A stretch of DNA of 64,000 nucleotides from Octopus vulgaris (taxonomy: Eukaryota), in the NCBI GenBank assembly GCA_951406725.2, contig OX597821.1:107384001-107448000 (forward strand), written 5' to 3'. The notes beneath the pieces were generated by a model. That model worked only from the letters and a program-made list of their open reading frames with translations, was not told the DNA's origin and searched no databases. This document shows, in pieces, positions 38,299 through 52,837 of the stretch. A program made the translations under genes and the position numbers. The stretch's first letter is position 1. Every line of letters starts with the position of its first letter.

Positions 38299-39311
38299 AA
38301 ACTACTGAAATATTTACGTGCTATGATTTCGCCTCGGTATTAAAGCAGACGACATTGTAAAGAACTATCTTTGGCACCTTATTACGACACGCATTACTAC
38401 TGTACTTTTAATGATTCAATCATTAATTTCTCACATGCCTACGGGACATATTTTAATTATCTCCACGCCTTATTCTAGAGAATATATTCATTGGAAACAA
38501 TGTGTTGATTAACACACCAAACAGCAGCCTGAGGTTGTCAGTCGTTTTCTACAGCCTTCGTTTGTTGACAGTTTTGCTTTATTATTGTTTTGTGTTTTTT
38601 TTTTTTTAGTTCTAATTCAGCTCTTTAGATATCCAAAGGTTGTAGGCAACTAAGACCTTGGGCCAAAGTTAAAGCGAAACAAATCAACCAAATGGGAGCG
38701 GAGATGAAAGAGTCAATATATTAAGAAAACTAGAAGGATTTTTGGCAAGGCAAAATTTGAATTAAACCTCAGACAAGGGAAACCAAACACGGGGCCCAGA
38801 TGGATACCTAGGGTAGAAGCTCAAAGGAGAAAGAAATGACAGGAAGGGTATGGAATCAAATGAAAAGGAAAAAGCCGAACACGAAGTGTTGAGAATTTCC
38901 AGGAATACAAAAAAATGATGCGGTCATACTTACAATCGTCCAAGCGTGCCCCGTTTGTCACATTTTTCCTGAAAATTATTTTATGCCATATACAAGAGAA
39001 ATTTAGTTTCTGCTTCCAAACTATCGAGTAACAACGCTGAAGCGTTTTCGCTGACTTTACGATTGCCGTTGGTCGTCGATGGTTCGTACACACTCTTATA
39101 TGAGAAGCTGATGTACCGTACCCTTCTTAACAAACGGGTTCCGTAATACAGAAACAAGGTGTTGATTTGAGAATACCGGCTTTGTAAACTTAAAAGCTCA
39201 TACTCGCGTGTAGAGCTTTATTGAACCCCGGGTCCTGTCATATTGCATCACCTGAATTATATTAGGTGAATACGTTACCCTATGCATTGAGCTTTGATGG
39301 AAAACATAGAA

Positions 39312-39495
39312 ATGGCAGAATCGTTAGCGAGTCGGATAATATGATCAGCAACATTTTCCCCGCTTATTTACATTCCATGGTTACCTTTGCCTTTCATCCT
39401 TTCGGGGTCGATAAAATAAATGCCATTTACACACTGTGGACGATGTAATCGTCTACTCTCTTCCCATAGAAAAATACACGCCTTGTGCCCCAAAT
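39312..39495 (+). mobile_element. SINE family B (diverged)
   Basis: tggcagaatcgttagcg...ctttgcctttcatcctttcggggtcgataaaataa. Confidence 0.75.
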
Positions 39496-40294
39496 TTTAA
39501 ACTATTGTTTTCGCTTTTTTATTCTTATTCTTATCATTGATCTTGTTGTCATTGCTGCTATCGCTGTTCTTTACTTTCGTTCGGTTCGGAGACGGTACGA
39601 AAGATTTACGGTAAAAGACATTCTAGATGTGACATTTCCGACTTTTGCTCAAACACATTTTATCTAGAATTACAATACCCAAAGTGTAATGTATTTTCAA
39701 AAAATAAACGACTATAAATGGTGAATGGAGGGAGATTTGGCTACCAGTTTTAGCAGGTTCGCGATGGCTTGAATGCTTTTTCGTCTGTTCCTACACGAAG
39801 ATGTACTTCCCAGATTTGTCATAACCAACAAATGGTTTATAGAATACAACAACACACTCACGCTCTCTCTTTCACTCTCTCTCCTTTCTCTCTTCTTCTC
39901 ACTATCTCTTACTCCCACACACTCTCTCTCCTACTCTCTTTTTCTCTCTCTTTCTCATTCGCTCCTCCGTGTGTCTTTGGACTCATAAATTGTAACAAGA
40001 TCATCCAGAGTATTATCGTCCGACAATTTTGTAGACTCTCTGCTACATAGAGAGCTCTGTGCATGTATTTATGTCTGCATAGATATGCGTATGTATGTGT
40101 ACATGCACATACGTGTATACGTATATGTGCTTATAAGTGGGTGTACTTGTGTGTGTATAATATATACATATACATACACACACACACTCATACAAATATA
40201 GAGACACATATATACATATGTATATATATAGAGAGAGAGTGATAGATAGGTAGTTAGATAAATATGCATGTATATGGGTATATAAATATATATA

Positions 40295-40364
<70 letters not shown>

Positions 40365-40373
40365 GAGATAGAG

Positions 40374-40445
<72 letters not shown>

Positions 40446-40506
40446 GTGTGCGTGTGTGTGTGTATATATATATGTATGCATGTATGTAGACCCAAACAAA
40501 TATATA

Positions 40507-41351
40507 CAGGGTGCGATGGGTAAATTGTTGCTATTTTATATTCTCAATTTCGCTCATGTGCAGTGTATGACTTTGATTTTATTGACTATTTAGTGTAGGG
40601 TCAGTTGGGCACTGTCTATGAGAAAAACAACACCATGACACAATTCACTCTGCCAGAAATTTGGAAAAGACATGCTGTATTGCTTAGAAGTTAGCGCCAG
40701 ATGATCCAATACGAGTATTTCAGAGTGTTCAGGTGTCAATCTGAGGACAGTGCAATCTGAGGACATGTACCAAGAGTGATAAAAATCAAACACCCAGTCA
40801 ACATCATGGTATTTGAAGTGATCACTAGTGATGGCGACGTTATACCTCCATTCATCTTCTCACACGGCCTCACATTCAACACGGAGGCATACATCAAGTG
40901 CCTGGAGTAGATAAAGCTACCCTGGGTCATGATGGGGTTGCTGGAATACTCTATGCTTGGCAACAGGACCCTGCCCCATGCCACACAAACAGGAAAACCC
41001 ACTCGTGGCTGTCAGACAATTTCTGCGACCACTTCCCTCCTAACATCTGGCCACCTAACTCCCCAGACTGAGAGACCAAAAAAGACCTCTTGTGACACCG
41101 AAGATTTACGGAAGGCAAGGATTATGGCATTCAAAAACTTAAACAAGGAAACCGTCCAGATGAGTTGCAGGAGATTCCGAAGTCATCTGGAGGCCGTGGT
41201 TGAAGCCAATGTCAATTTTATTGAATGAATTTACTCTTTAGTATTTGAAGATATTTTTGTATTATTTTAGTAAGTAAATCTGTTGAAATGAAATGACAGT
41301 GTTATTTTCATTTTGGCGTAACTTAGCCGACAGTTTGTTCACCGCACCCTG
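40507..41351 (+). mobile_element. Internally deleted Tc1/mariner-superfamily transposon (maT/DD37D-like)
   Basis: TA-flanked TIRs cagggtgcgatgggtaaattgt / acagtttgttcaccgcaccctg; fragments KHPVNIMVFEVITSDGDVIPPFIF, WQQDPAPCH, NIWPPNSPD, CRRFRSHLEAVVEANVNFIE. Confidence 0.88.
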
Positions 41352-41497
41352 TACATATCTATTAATGTGTGCATATTTTTATGCATTACTGTGCAGGATT
41401 TGGTGATTGTGATTTTCGTTGCCTTTCCGCACTTCTAAACAACCAGGTTTTGTTTGTCGTCCCGACACTATGTATGCATGTATGTATGTATGTTGTG

Positions 41498-41529
<32 letters not shown>

Positions 41530-42315
41530 TGTATGTATGTATGTATGTATGTATGTATGTATGTATGTATGTATATCTGCTGAAGTGTAATCATAAAAAT
41601 GAAACCTCATATTCCAATGGCGTTACTTAGGCGATTCAAGCATAAATATGCCGGTTCTTAGCACATTTCTACGTTGACGTGTTTATAATACAGAAGGAAC
41701 GCATATCACGATAAAGTGAAAAAGAGGAATAAACCAATGAGAAACATTATAAGTTGACGAACAAAAAATAATAGAAACGGAGAAATAAAGATTGGTAGTT
41801 GAGAAATATAACAGTTTGGCGGAAAGCAGGTGAGAAGAAGCGAGCAAATGCTATATATATAAGGAAAAGTGTGTGTGCGTGTGTGAGTATGTGTGTGTAA
41901 GTGTGTGTGTGTGTGCATGTGAGTGTATGTACATATATATATATATAAATGTATATTGATATATACACACAATATATGTGTATATGTATATATATATATA
42001 TGTATACACACACACTATATGTATATATATATACATATATATACATGCATTCATATATAAATATATAATTTCACACAACATATGTATATACATATATATA
42101 TATATATATACGTATGTATGTATGTATGTATATATATATACATGCATACATATATATAGAGACCTATACATATATATACATACATATATATATGCATACA
42201 GATATATATGTGTGTGTGTGTGTGCGCGCGTATATATATGTATGTATTTATGTATATATGTATATATATATATATATATATATTCATATATGTATATGTG
42301 TGTGTGCGCGTGTAT

Positions 42316-42407
<92 letters not shown>

Positions 42408-42477
42408 GTAGCTAGGTAGATAGATAGATAGATAGATAGATAGGTAGGTAGGTAGATAGATAGATAGATAGATAGAT

Positions 42478-42826
42478 ATGTTTCTTTATTAGCCACACAG
42501 GGCTGCACACAGATAGAACAAATTACAAGGTAGAGCTTTTCTTTTGAAGGTTTAAAAAAAAAAAAAAAAAAAAAAAAAAGGAAGGGGGAGTTTCGATCAA
42601 AAGGGATCGTAAAAGGAGAGAAAGAGGACAAAAAAAGGGGGTTAAAAAAAGGGGGGAGGAAAAAAAAATTGATCAATAGGGATCGTTATCACAGAAATGT
42701 CAATATGAAGTGTAAAGGGGAGGACAGGTGAGGTTTACCCGTGGAAAGAAAAGCCTACGGAAAAGACCACGGTAACCTCGGTCAATGAAGTCACATTTTA
42801 TATTTCTTTTTTTTTTTTTTTTTTTA
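42478..42826 (-). mobile_element. Tx1/L1-like 3' UTR fragment inserted in (GATA)n
   Basis: Shares ttattagccacacagggc, cgatcaaaagggatcgt, ggaaagaaaagcctac and cggtaacctcgg with 19366-19600. Confidence 0.85.
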
Positions 42827-42840
42827 GATAGGTAGGTAGG

Positions 42841-42883
<43 letters not shown>

Positions 42884-42892
42884 GTAGGTAGG

Positions 42893-42955
<63 letters not shown>

Positions 42956-42960
42956 GTAGG

Positions 42961-43050
<90 letters not shown>

Positions 43051-43753
43051 TGCATGCATAAACACACACTGAGCAACAGTACCGTACATAATGTGAAATT
43101 AATAGCGATTCCTTTGCAAGAGTTTTTCAAGTCTTTTTCTTCCCTAAATAGGCAAACATATTCCATACATTAGTTTATAAATGCACCAACATACCTCCTG
43201 TCACAAAGGACTCTAACGATTTGAAAGCGTTAGTCATCTATCATTTCCCTAATAACTACTTCTTTGCGCGGATGCAGAGTGAAACGGAGGTAATTGTTAG
43301 CTACGGACGGCTATAAAAGAAAAACATTTACGGAAAATTTATCCGAGAATATATAATGTCAACTACATATTTCAAAAGGTAAATAAATAGGCGAGGCTGT
43401 TGATGTAAACAATTGATCTATCAGAAAGTCGAAACTCAAACGCTAAGTTGTTTTGGATGGGAAAGAACTGGGGAACGCATCGTGCATTTTTTTATAGAAA
43501 TGTATGATTACAAATGAGGAATATGTATTCATACGTAAGGCAGTCGGTATTTATGTTGGCGTGGTGCATAGATTTATGGCAAATTATATCAAACCCGAGA
43601 ATTTTAAAAGCATTTATGTTGTATCGACATCGGAAATGAGGATCGCTAAGTCAACGATTGGCCGTTTCGATTTGAAGCTGAAAAGGGATGTAACTGAGTA
43701 CTACAAAATAGAATTATCGGCTGCTCCAAAGACTGAACCAATATACGTACATA

Positions 43754-43866
<113 letters not shown>

Positions 43867-44062
43867 TCATACATATATGAATATACGACGTGGTTCTATC
43901 CGTGTGGTTGAGAAACAATCTCCTTACCAGACACTCACGTCTATACCTATATATATATATATATATATACGGTTCCGGGTTCAGTCCCACTGCATGGCAC
44001 CTTGGGCAAGTGTCTTCTACTATAGCCTTGAGTGGATTTGATAAACGGAACCTGAAACCCGT

Positions 44063-44115
<53 letters not shown>

Positions 44116-44402
44116 ACGATGAATAGCCCTCGCGTAAACCACTGGTTCGTTTTGTTCTCTTACTTTATTATTATCTTATAATCATCTCATAATAATGACT
44201 TTTATGACTCGTATTACTACCTCAGTCAATCTAAATGTATATATTTGTCACTACCTGTCATAAATAGCCTTTTTCTATTTGCAATATGCATTTTCGTTGA
44301 TTTTTCATATTTTACTCTTACATTTCCACGTGTATTTTATATTTTCTTTTCGTAACAGATTTCTACTATATACATATATATACATACCTACATAAAAACA
44401 TA

Positions 44403-44615
<213 letters not shown>

Positions 44616-44711
44616 ATAAAACGGTAAGATAACAAAAGAAAGAAAGAGACCTCAATATTATGTAAATAGAGGAAATTTATCTATACAATATGTTACATTA
44701 CTCGGTAGTCA

Positions 44712-44774
44712 AGATAAAACTCTGAGTTTCAGATGCCGAAGTGGAAATCCACAACACCATCTCTTCGGTTATCT
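44712..44774 (-). ncRNA. Hammerhead-like motif (U4C), left-arm copy
   Basis: Reverse complement of 47628-47690. Confidence 0.65.
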
Positions 44775-45626
44775 GGCTATTTGAAAACGTTATGAAAAAA
44801 TACCGTTAAAAATGAAGGGAAATTACTCTGTTATAACTCTGCTTTGCCTGCGTACTTATACATCGCTCGCATTTTTCGTCATAAAAATTATATAAAAATA
44901 CATAAAATATATATAAAAATATATAAAAATATATAAAATCTTCTTGGGACATAACACAGAAAGCATGTTCTATCCGTTTTCTTTAGGGGACCAAAAACGT
45001 AACAGAAATTTAGTCACATGTGGGCATGATCCGAAAAGCTCTGTCCTTGTATTTAGACATGTGGTAGGGTCTAAGCTGCTTTTCCAGATAAGCCATCTCT
45101 CCATGTCGCATAAACCGCACCTTCCGCTGCCGTTAGTATAGGGCTTACATCTGGCCAAAATCTTCCATTGTATGTTATAATCGACACCTTTATCTCTTAA
45201 AGACCAAATATGATTGGATAATTGTGTCGCTTTTCTTTTGTTCCAGTGCCTAAAGCTCAAAGTGTGGTTATTGAACCTGGCCTTGAAATTACCCTCTGTC
45301 AGGCCCACGTATTTCTTCGTCAAAAACGGTGTCTTTAGTGGTTATAGAGTTTACGGTAGCTCATATATGATGGTCTTGGACATGCAAGCTCCATTTAGCG
45401 GGCACAATTCTTTATTCCTGCATGAACAGCTGTTTTCTTCTTGTGTTTTTTGTATGTTATGATTGATTATGTTTTTAAAATTGGTAGTTGAACTAAAACT
45501 AATTTTTAAATTGTGTCTATTGAAGAGTTTCCTATAAGCATGGTTAACTGGAAAATGTCTATCTATCAGTGCTAGGAAATATTTACCTATATTGAAGGCC
45601 ACCTCGGGTGAGTAAGGGGGCGTAAG

Positions 45627-47432
45627 AAAAAAGCACTTTTTTCGGATAAAACCAAGAACTTATACCTGGTAGATAACAGCAAATACACACAACTCTTACA
45701 CAACAGCATCATTAATAATTATACTAAGGCTAGGGCACAGACATATAACGAAATTAATAAAGAAGCTAGCGTCATCGCCGCTAAACTTAAATTAGATAAA
45801 AAAATAGAAACCCTCCCCCAAAAAGAGGCCTTTATTACTATTAAAGACCACAAAGAAAACTTCCTTTCCAATCCTAAATGTAGGCTTATCAACCCAGCCA
45901 AGTCAGAACTAGGGATTATTAGCAAAGAAATTTTAGATAAAATAAATACGAAAATTAAGACCGATACTAGGCTAGTGCAATGGTCCAATAGTATAGAAGT
46001 CGTAGACTGGTTTAAAGCTATTAAGAATAAGAAAAAAGCGAGGTTTACACAATTCGATATTGTTGATTTTTATGCCTCTATCTCTAAAGAACTGCTAGAT
46101 AAAGCCCTAATCTTCGCTAGTGACTTCATAGAAATTAGTACCAATGATAAGGATATAATCTTCCATGCTAGAAAGACATTACTTTTCAGTGAGAATGCAA
46201 AGTGGGTAAAAAACACCGACACGGAGGGCGCTTTCGATGTGAGCATGGGTTCATATGATGGGGCAGGCATCTGTGATCTAATTGGACTCTTTCTCCTAGA
46301 TACCTTCAGTAAGACATTCCCTAACGTACATTTCGCCATCTACAAAGATGATGCCCTCGCCTTAACAGCTAATACAAATGGACCAGCACAAGATCGTTTT
46401 AGGAAGGATATTATCCAGTTAATGAAACACTTCGGACTTAGTATAACTATAGACACTAACCTGACGGTTGTCAATTTCTTAGACGTTTCCTTAGATCTTA
46501 ATAATAATATTTATAAGCCTTATAGGAAGCCCAATGATAGACTAAGTTATATTAATGTAGGTTCATGCCATCCCCCTATAGTATTCAAAAATTTAGTTAA
46601 AAATATTAGTAAGAGGATTTCTAGCCTCTCATCTAATGAGGACATCTTCAATAGCGTTGCCCCAGTTTATAATAAAGCTTTAAAAGATAGTGGTTTTAGC
46701 GAAAAAATAAAATATACACCTATCACCAGCCCAACAATAAGGAAAAGGAATAATAGAAATAGGAAGGTCATCTGGTTTACGCCCCCTTACTCACCCGAGG
46801 TGGCCTTCAATATAGGTAAATATTTCCTAGCACTGATAGATAGACATTTTCCAGTTAACCATGCTTATAGGAAACTCTTCAATAGACACAATTTAAAAAT
46901 TAGTTTTAGTTCAACTACCAATTTTAAAAACATAATCAATCATAACATACAAAAAACACAAGAAGAAAACAGCTGTTCATGCAGGAATAAAGAATTGTGC
47001 CCGCTAAATGGAGCTTGCATGTCCAAGACCATCATATATGAGGCTACCGTAAACTCTATAACCACTAAAGACACCGTTTTGACGAAGAAATACGTGGGCC
47101 TGACAGAGGGTAATTTCAAGGCCAGGTTCAATAACCACACTTTGAGCTTTAGGCACTGGAACAAAAGAAAAGCGACACAATTATCCAATCATATTTGGTC
47201 TTTAAGAGATAAAGGTGTCGATTATAACATACAATGGAAGATTTTGGCCAGATGTAAGCCCTATACTAACGGCAGCGGAAGGTGCGGTTTATGCGACATG
47301 GAGAGATGGCTTATCTGGAAAAGCAGCTTAGACCCTACCACATGTCTAAATACAAGGACAGAACTTTTCGGATCATGCCCACATGTGACTAAATTTCTGT
47401 TACGTTTTTGGTCCCCTAAAGAAAACGGATAG
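45627..47432 (+). CDS. Penelope-like reverse transcriptase + C-terminal GIY-YIG-type endonuclease (5'-truncated, Hydra-clade-like)
   Basis: The frame is open upstream of the called GTG at 45975 (SDKTKNLY, KDHKENF, CRLINPAKSELG). RT motifs FDIVDFYASI, MGSYDGA, YKDD, NFLDV; linker CSCRNKELCPLNGAC; EN IIYEATV..KYVGLT..FKARFNNH..CGLC. Confidence 0.92.
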   Translation, partial: KKALFSDKTKNLYLVDNSKYTQLLHNSIINNYTKARAQTYNEINKEASVIAAKLKLDKKIETLPQKEAFITIKDHKENFLSNPKCRLINPAKSELGIISKEILDKINTKIKTDTRLVQWSNSIEVVDWFKAIKNKKKARFTQFDIVDFYASISKELLDKALIFASDFIEISTNDKDIIFHARKTLLFSENAKWVKNTDTEGAFDVSMGSYDGAGICDLIGLFLLDTFSKTFPNVHFAIYKDDALALTANTNGPAQDRFRKDIIQLMKHFGLSITIDTNLTVVNFLDVSLDLNNNIYKPYRKPNDRLSYINVGSCHPPIVFKNLVKNISKRISSLSSNEDIFNSVAPVYNKALKDSGFSEKIKYTPITSPTIRKRNNRNRKVIWFTPPYSPEVAFNIGKYFLALIDRHFPVNHAYRKLFNRHNLKISFSSTTNFKNIINHNIQKTQEENSCSCRNKELCPLNGACMSKTIIYEATVNSITTKDTVLTKKYVGLTEGNFKARFNNHTLSFRHWNKRKATQLSNHIWSLRDKGVDYNIQWKILARCKPYTNGSGRCGLCDMERWLIWKSSLDPTTCLNTRTELFGSCPHVTKFLLRFWSPKENG

Positions 47433-47627
47433 AACATGCTTTCTGTGTTATGTCCCAAGAAGATTTTATATATTTTTATATATTTTTATATATTTTTTAT
47501 GTATTTTTATATAATTTTTATGACGAAAAATGCGAGCGATGTATAAGTACGCAGGCAAAGCAGAGTTATAACAGAGTAATTTCCCTTCATTTTTAACGGT
47601 ATTTTTTCATAACGTTTTCAAATAGCC

Positions 47628-47690
47628 AGATAACCGAAGAGATGGTGTTGTGGATTTCCACTTCGGCATCTGAAACTCAGAGTTTTATCT
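47628..47690 (+). ncRNA. Hammerhead-like motif (U4C) in PLE 3' UTR
   Basis: agataa-CCGAAGA-gatg..gtgga/tccac..catc-t-GAAA-ctcagag-UU-ttatct: perfect 6-bp stem I, GUU site. Confidence 0.68.
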
Positions 47691-47712
47691 TGACTACCGA
47701 GTAATGTAACAT

Positions 47713-47780
<68 letters not shown>

Positions 47781-49695
47781 TTCGTTTACGGATAACATTT
47801 TTGCGTACGTACGTAAACACTTCTTTGCTATTATGCCAGCTACGACCTCGTAATTCCGCCTTGCAATAGCAATTTTATGAGATAGTACCGAGCTGTGCCG
47901 ACACGACGTAGGATAAATAAATTAATAATAATAAGCCAAGGGTGGAATTTCATTTATAATTTAATATATCGCTACGGGCGTTTCCTCAACTCACGTGATT
48001 TTTGGACTATAATCTTCATCTATAGGATGATTACAATATAATTTGTAATTGCCATGAATGCTAACATTTTAAAATAGCCAGGGATACTGAAAAAAAAATT
48101 ATAATAAAATATTAATGAAGGCAGTTATTCACCCTGTCAGTATAGATAAATGTGGTTTTCACGCAGCTGTAAGTGTTTAACTGTCATTTCTAGCAATAAT
48201 TGTGCTTTTGGCACCCACAGTCACATTTAGTGACGACTACATCTTTCCTATTCGGCTTTGTATTGAGACTAGCTGCTCAGATTAATGTCTAGTGTGTGTG
48301 TGGTGTGTGTGTGTGTGTGTGTGTGTGTGAGTAATTTCGGTTTACAATCATCCTACGCTACTTATCCTAATGTAACATGTTAGAGAAAAGAAATTATATC
48401 TAATCTACAGAAACTCTTTCCAACATGATTGATTGTTTAACAGGAAGTATTTTGATCTCGGGCGGAAACCTGAGGGTTGAGATCGCTGAGACTACAATGA
48501 AATTGCTTAAAGTTTTATGCACATCACGAGTTCTTCACACCATCAATTATTTCCTTCTACTGTTTTCGAACCATTGCTAGTTTAGTGATTGTATTGAATT
48601 TCTTGCGAGCAGTCATTCATAAAATACAGTTGACTAATTTTAGATTATAAATGCACGGGTTAGTTTTTAAGCAGTTTCCAGATTTTAGCGTTAAATTCCA
48701 GTGAAATTACAAGTCTTCGTAGTCATCAAAAGTATTAGTTTGGAGCATTTAATGTGACCTCTTTGCTAACTTACTCGTTTACGGTTGTCCATTAAACCGA
48801 AACATGGCTACCATTTCCTTCATTTGTAGATCTATAAGAAGTGAGGCAGTTGGTGGTTTGCATTTCTTTCATATCACCGACAACAGAGAAAGCTGACGTA
48901 CTACTGGCCGAACAATCGCGACAGCTACCACATAAGCTATATCTACTGTGTACCGTCAGCGGTGAGTTTCCAACGGAAGTGAGAGCATTTCATCATCGCA
49001 GTTGGTTGTGATACGCTGACCCCAACCGACCACAACGACAATGAATACTTCTGAGAATCATGATTCATGATCTGCGCCATGAACCTTTCTTGTGGCAAAG
49101 TAACTATCCCATCTGAAAGGGATTGTTCCAATGATAAGGCTGACCAACGACTATGACCCGGGATGACCGGTACTTCCTGCCAGCTGTATGAAACTAAGAA
49201 AAGTCCAGGCTTTCCAAAACAACATCCCAACTAACCATCACAGTTTGTTTTACTCCGAAGGTGTACCTTCTCCTCCTATAACCCGTCTTCCTAGACTCGG
49301 CCCCACTGCTGCAGACTGGTGCATATACGTTGCCTCAACAACTCTGTTCTTTGTAGAATATGGAATTCATCAGATCTAACATAGTTTTACAAGGCACTCG
49401 TTCACCCTTACAACTTTTCTAAAATTTCGTGCACAACAATACATCACACGTTAACAAAGAAGTCATCTAAGTTTTCACCTGATCTGGTAGAAATAGCAGC
49501 CAAATCTCTCAAGAAACATGTGGTATCAAATATACAAAAATTCCCTCAAAACTCAGCGTAATATACAAGGGAAAAAAAGGACGGCCACAACTGGAACTCT
49601 TTGGTTCACTGATTATAATTACTCGGAGACGATTTGCGCATAAACAGCAAGAATAGAAATTGATTATATAAAACAGATTTTGATTTTTTTGTCTT

Positions 49696-49838
49696 GGCTG
49701 TGTGGTAAGAAGTTTGATTCTCAACCAAATTACTCTGGGTTCGGTCTGCTTCGAGAAAGTGTCTTCTACTATAGCTTTTGGCTGTCCAAAGCCTCCTGGG
49801 TGGATTTCATAGAGGGAAACTGAAAGAAGCCTGTTGTG
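49696..49838 (+). mobile_element. SINE family A 5' half (diverged)
   Basis: tggctgtgtggtaagaagtttg...aagtgtcttctactatagc...gaaactgaaagaagcc. Confidence 0.75.
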
Positions 49839-50204
49839 CCATTCTTTGCACGTACCATTCCAACGCTTGTTTTACGTCGTTCAATTTTTCTCTACTGCTC
49901 TTTGGACTAATTGAGTAAACTCATCAGTAACAAACCTATGATGACTACAGGAAACAACTGTAAGCCAGATTTGATCCACTATAGCAGAAGTATCTAATGG
50001 CCATTATTTATGCCTTGTCTTATGTATGTGTGTTTGTATGTATGTATGTATGTATGCATGTATGTATGCATGTATGTATTTTTGTATGTATGCATGTATG
50101 TATTTTTGTATGTATGCATGTATGTATTTTTGTATGTATGCATGTATGTATTTTTGTATGTATGTATGTATTTTTGCATGTATGTGTGCATATGAGCGTG
50201 CGTG

Positions 50205-50432
50205 TTTTTGTGTCTGCCCCCGCATCACCAATGGAAATCGGTGTTGGTGTGTTTACGCCCCAGTAACTTAGCTTTTCAGCAAAAGCGACCGATAGAATTA
50301 ATACCGACTCAAAGAAAAAAAATCAACCAATAATTACTGGGGTCGATTTATTCGAATAAGAAACTGCTCAAGGCGGTGCCCCAGCATGGCCGCTGTCTAA
50401 TGACTGAAACAAGCGAAAGATAAAAAGATAAA
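50205..50432 (+). mobile_element. SINE family A 3' half (diverged)
   Basis: ggtgtgtttacg..gaccgatagaat..cagcatggccgc..aatgactgaaacaag. Confidence 0.78.
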
Positions 50433-50974
50433 CGACATCCATTTCACCATATTTTCGAAACAAGGTGCATATCTCTTTAGGCACGATGCCCTTTATCTCT
50501 GACTGACAAACAAAATAAATTAAACAGACACTCTACAGTTAATTCTGCGTGTGTCAGAGAGGGAACCATTAGTAAATGCTTGACTTGAGCAAGATAGAAG
50601 ATGTTGAATCCCTCTTAAATCTCACACTGAAGTCTTAGAACAGAGAGAAAAAAACAAGAATAAACACAAAAGCAAACAGGAAGCAAATATTGTATTATGT
50701 AATCGTAAATACATTTTATGGGACAAAGAAGGAGAAATAAATAAAAACAAACAAACAAGAAGGATATTGGTTGGGAGTAGTTTGAACACTTTTATTTAGG
50801 GGTTTTATTCAATCAGAACTCATCAGGGAGTATTATTCAGCAACAGCAAGTAATTAATTAATTCTCAGATTATGTTAACAGGGTGCAAGCAGTACCGTTG
50901 CTGAGAGAGGTGGAGGGAAATATTTAATCAGCAAGTATCATTAACTAGGATCATTTGCTTTGAATCATCAAATT

Positions 50975-51840
<866 letters not shown>

Positions 51841-52274
51841 GCCATGCATTTGTGAACAACAGTGTCATTGATTATAAGCTTCCACTGAGCAAGTAATTGC
51901 CTCATTGCATTTTCTGTGGCAACAAGGTCTAATGGTTTTGCTTCTTATTTTTGCTAATTTCTTTGTGCACTCGTGTCCTTTGAAAGCTGTTATCTCATCG
52001 TCCATGATAGCTTTTGTCACAGGTTATAAAAAATTTACTCACCTGAATTTGAAAATTGTTAATTAAAATTGATGAATACAAATAATTAGTTAAGAATTCC
52101 GAGTAACTTTAATGGAATAATTTTGATTTTTGTAAATATTGAACGAAATATGTTTAAATAAGGATAATATTGGTGAGTTGATAATTAAAGGAAGGATTCG
52201 ACATTATTAATGCTGCTAATGTAGATTGTAATATGTGCGTGTGTGTGAATGTGTGAATATGTATGGCTATGTAT

Positions 52275-52324
<50 letters not shown>

Positions 52325-52535
52325 TACATGTATATATGTATAAAAATAATAAGTAATATATAATATATATACACATATACATATATATATGTTTGTATAT
52401 ATAAGTATGTATATATATATATGTAAATATATACATATATATGTGTGTATATATACATGTATATATACATATATATGTATGCATATATATATACATATAT
52501 ATATGTATATGTATATATAAATATGTGTATATATG

Positions 52536-52566
<31 letters not shown>

Positions 52567-52599
52567 GCATATATATATATATATATATATATACATATG

Positions 52600-52653
<54 letters not shown>

Positions 52654-52658
52654 TATAT

Positions 52659-52826
52659 AGGCACAGGAGTGGCTGTGTGGTAAGAAGCTTGCTTCTCAGA
52701 CACATGGTTCCGTGTTCAGTCCTACGGCGTGGCACCTAACCACGTGTCTTCTACTATTGGCTTGGGTCGAACAAAGCCTTGTGGGTAGATTTGGTAGATG
52801 GAAAAATTGAAAGAACCCCGTCGTAA
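52659..52826 (+). mobile_element. SINE family A 5' half (probable 3' half at 54212-54425)
   Basis: ggcacaggagtggctgtgtggtaagaagcttgc...; the 3' half resumes after nested inserts. Confidence 0.85.
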
Positions 52827-52837
52827 ATATATATATA

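Noticed and set aside
48780-49400. Possible ancient Tc1/mariner remnant
   Set aside because: Only faint motif hints and no matching second TIR.
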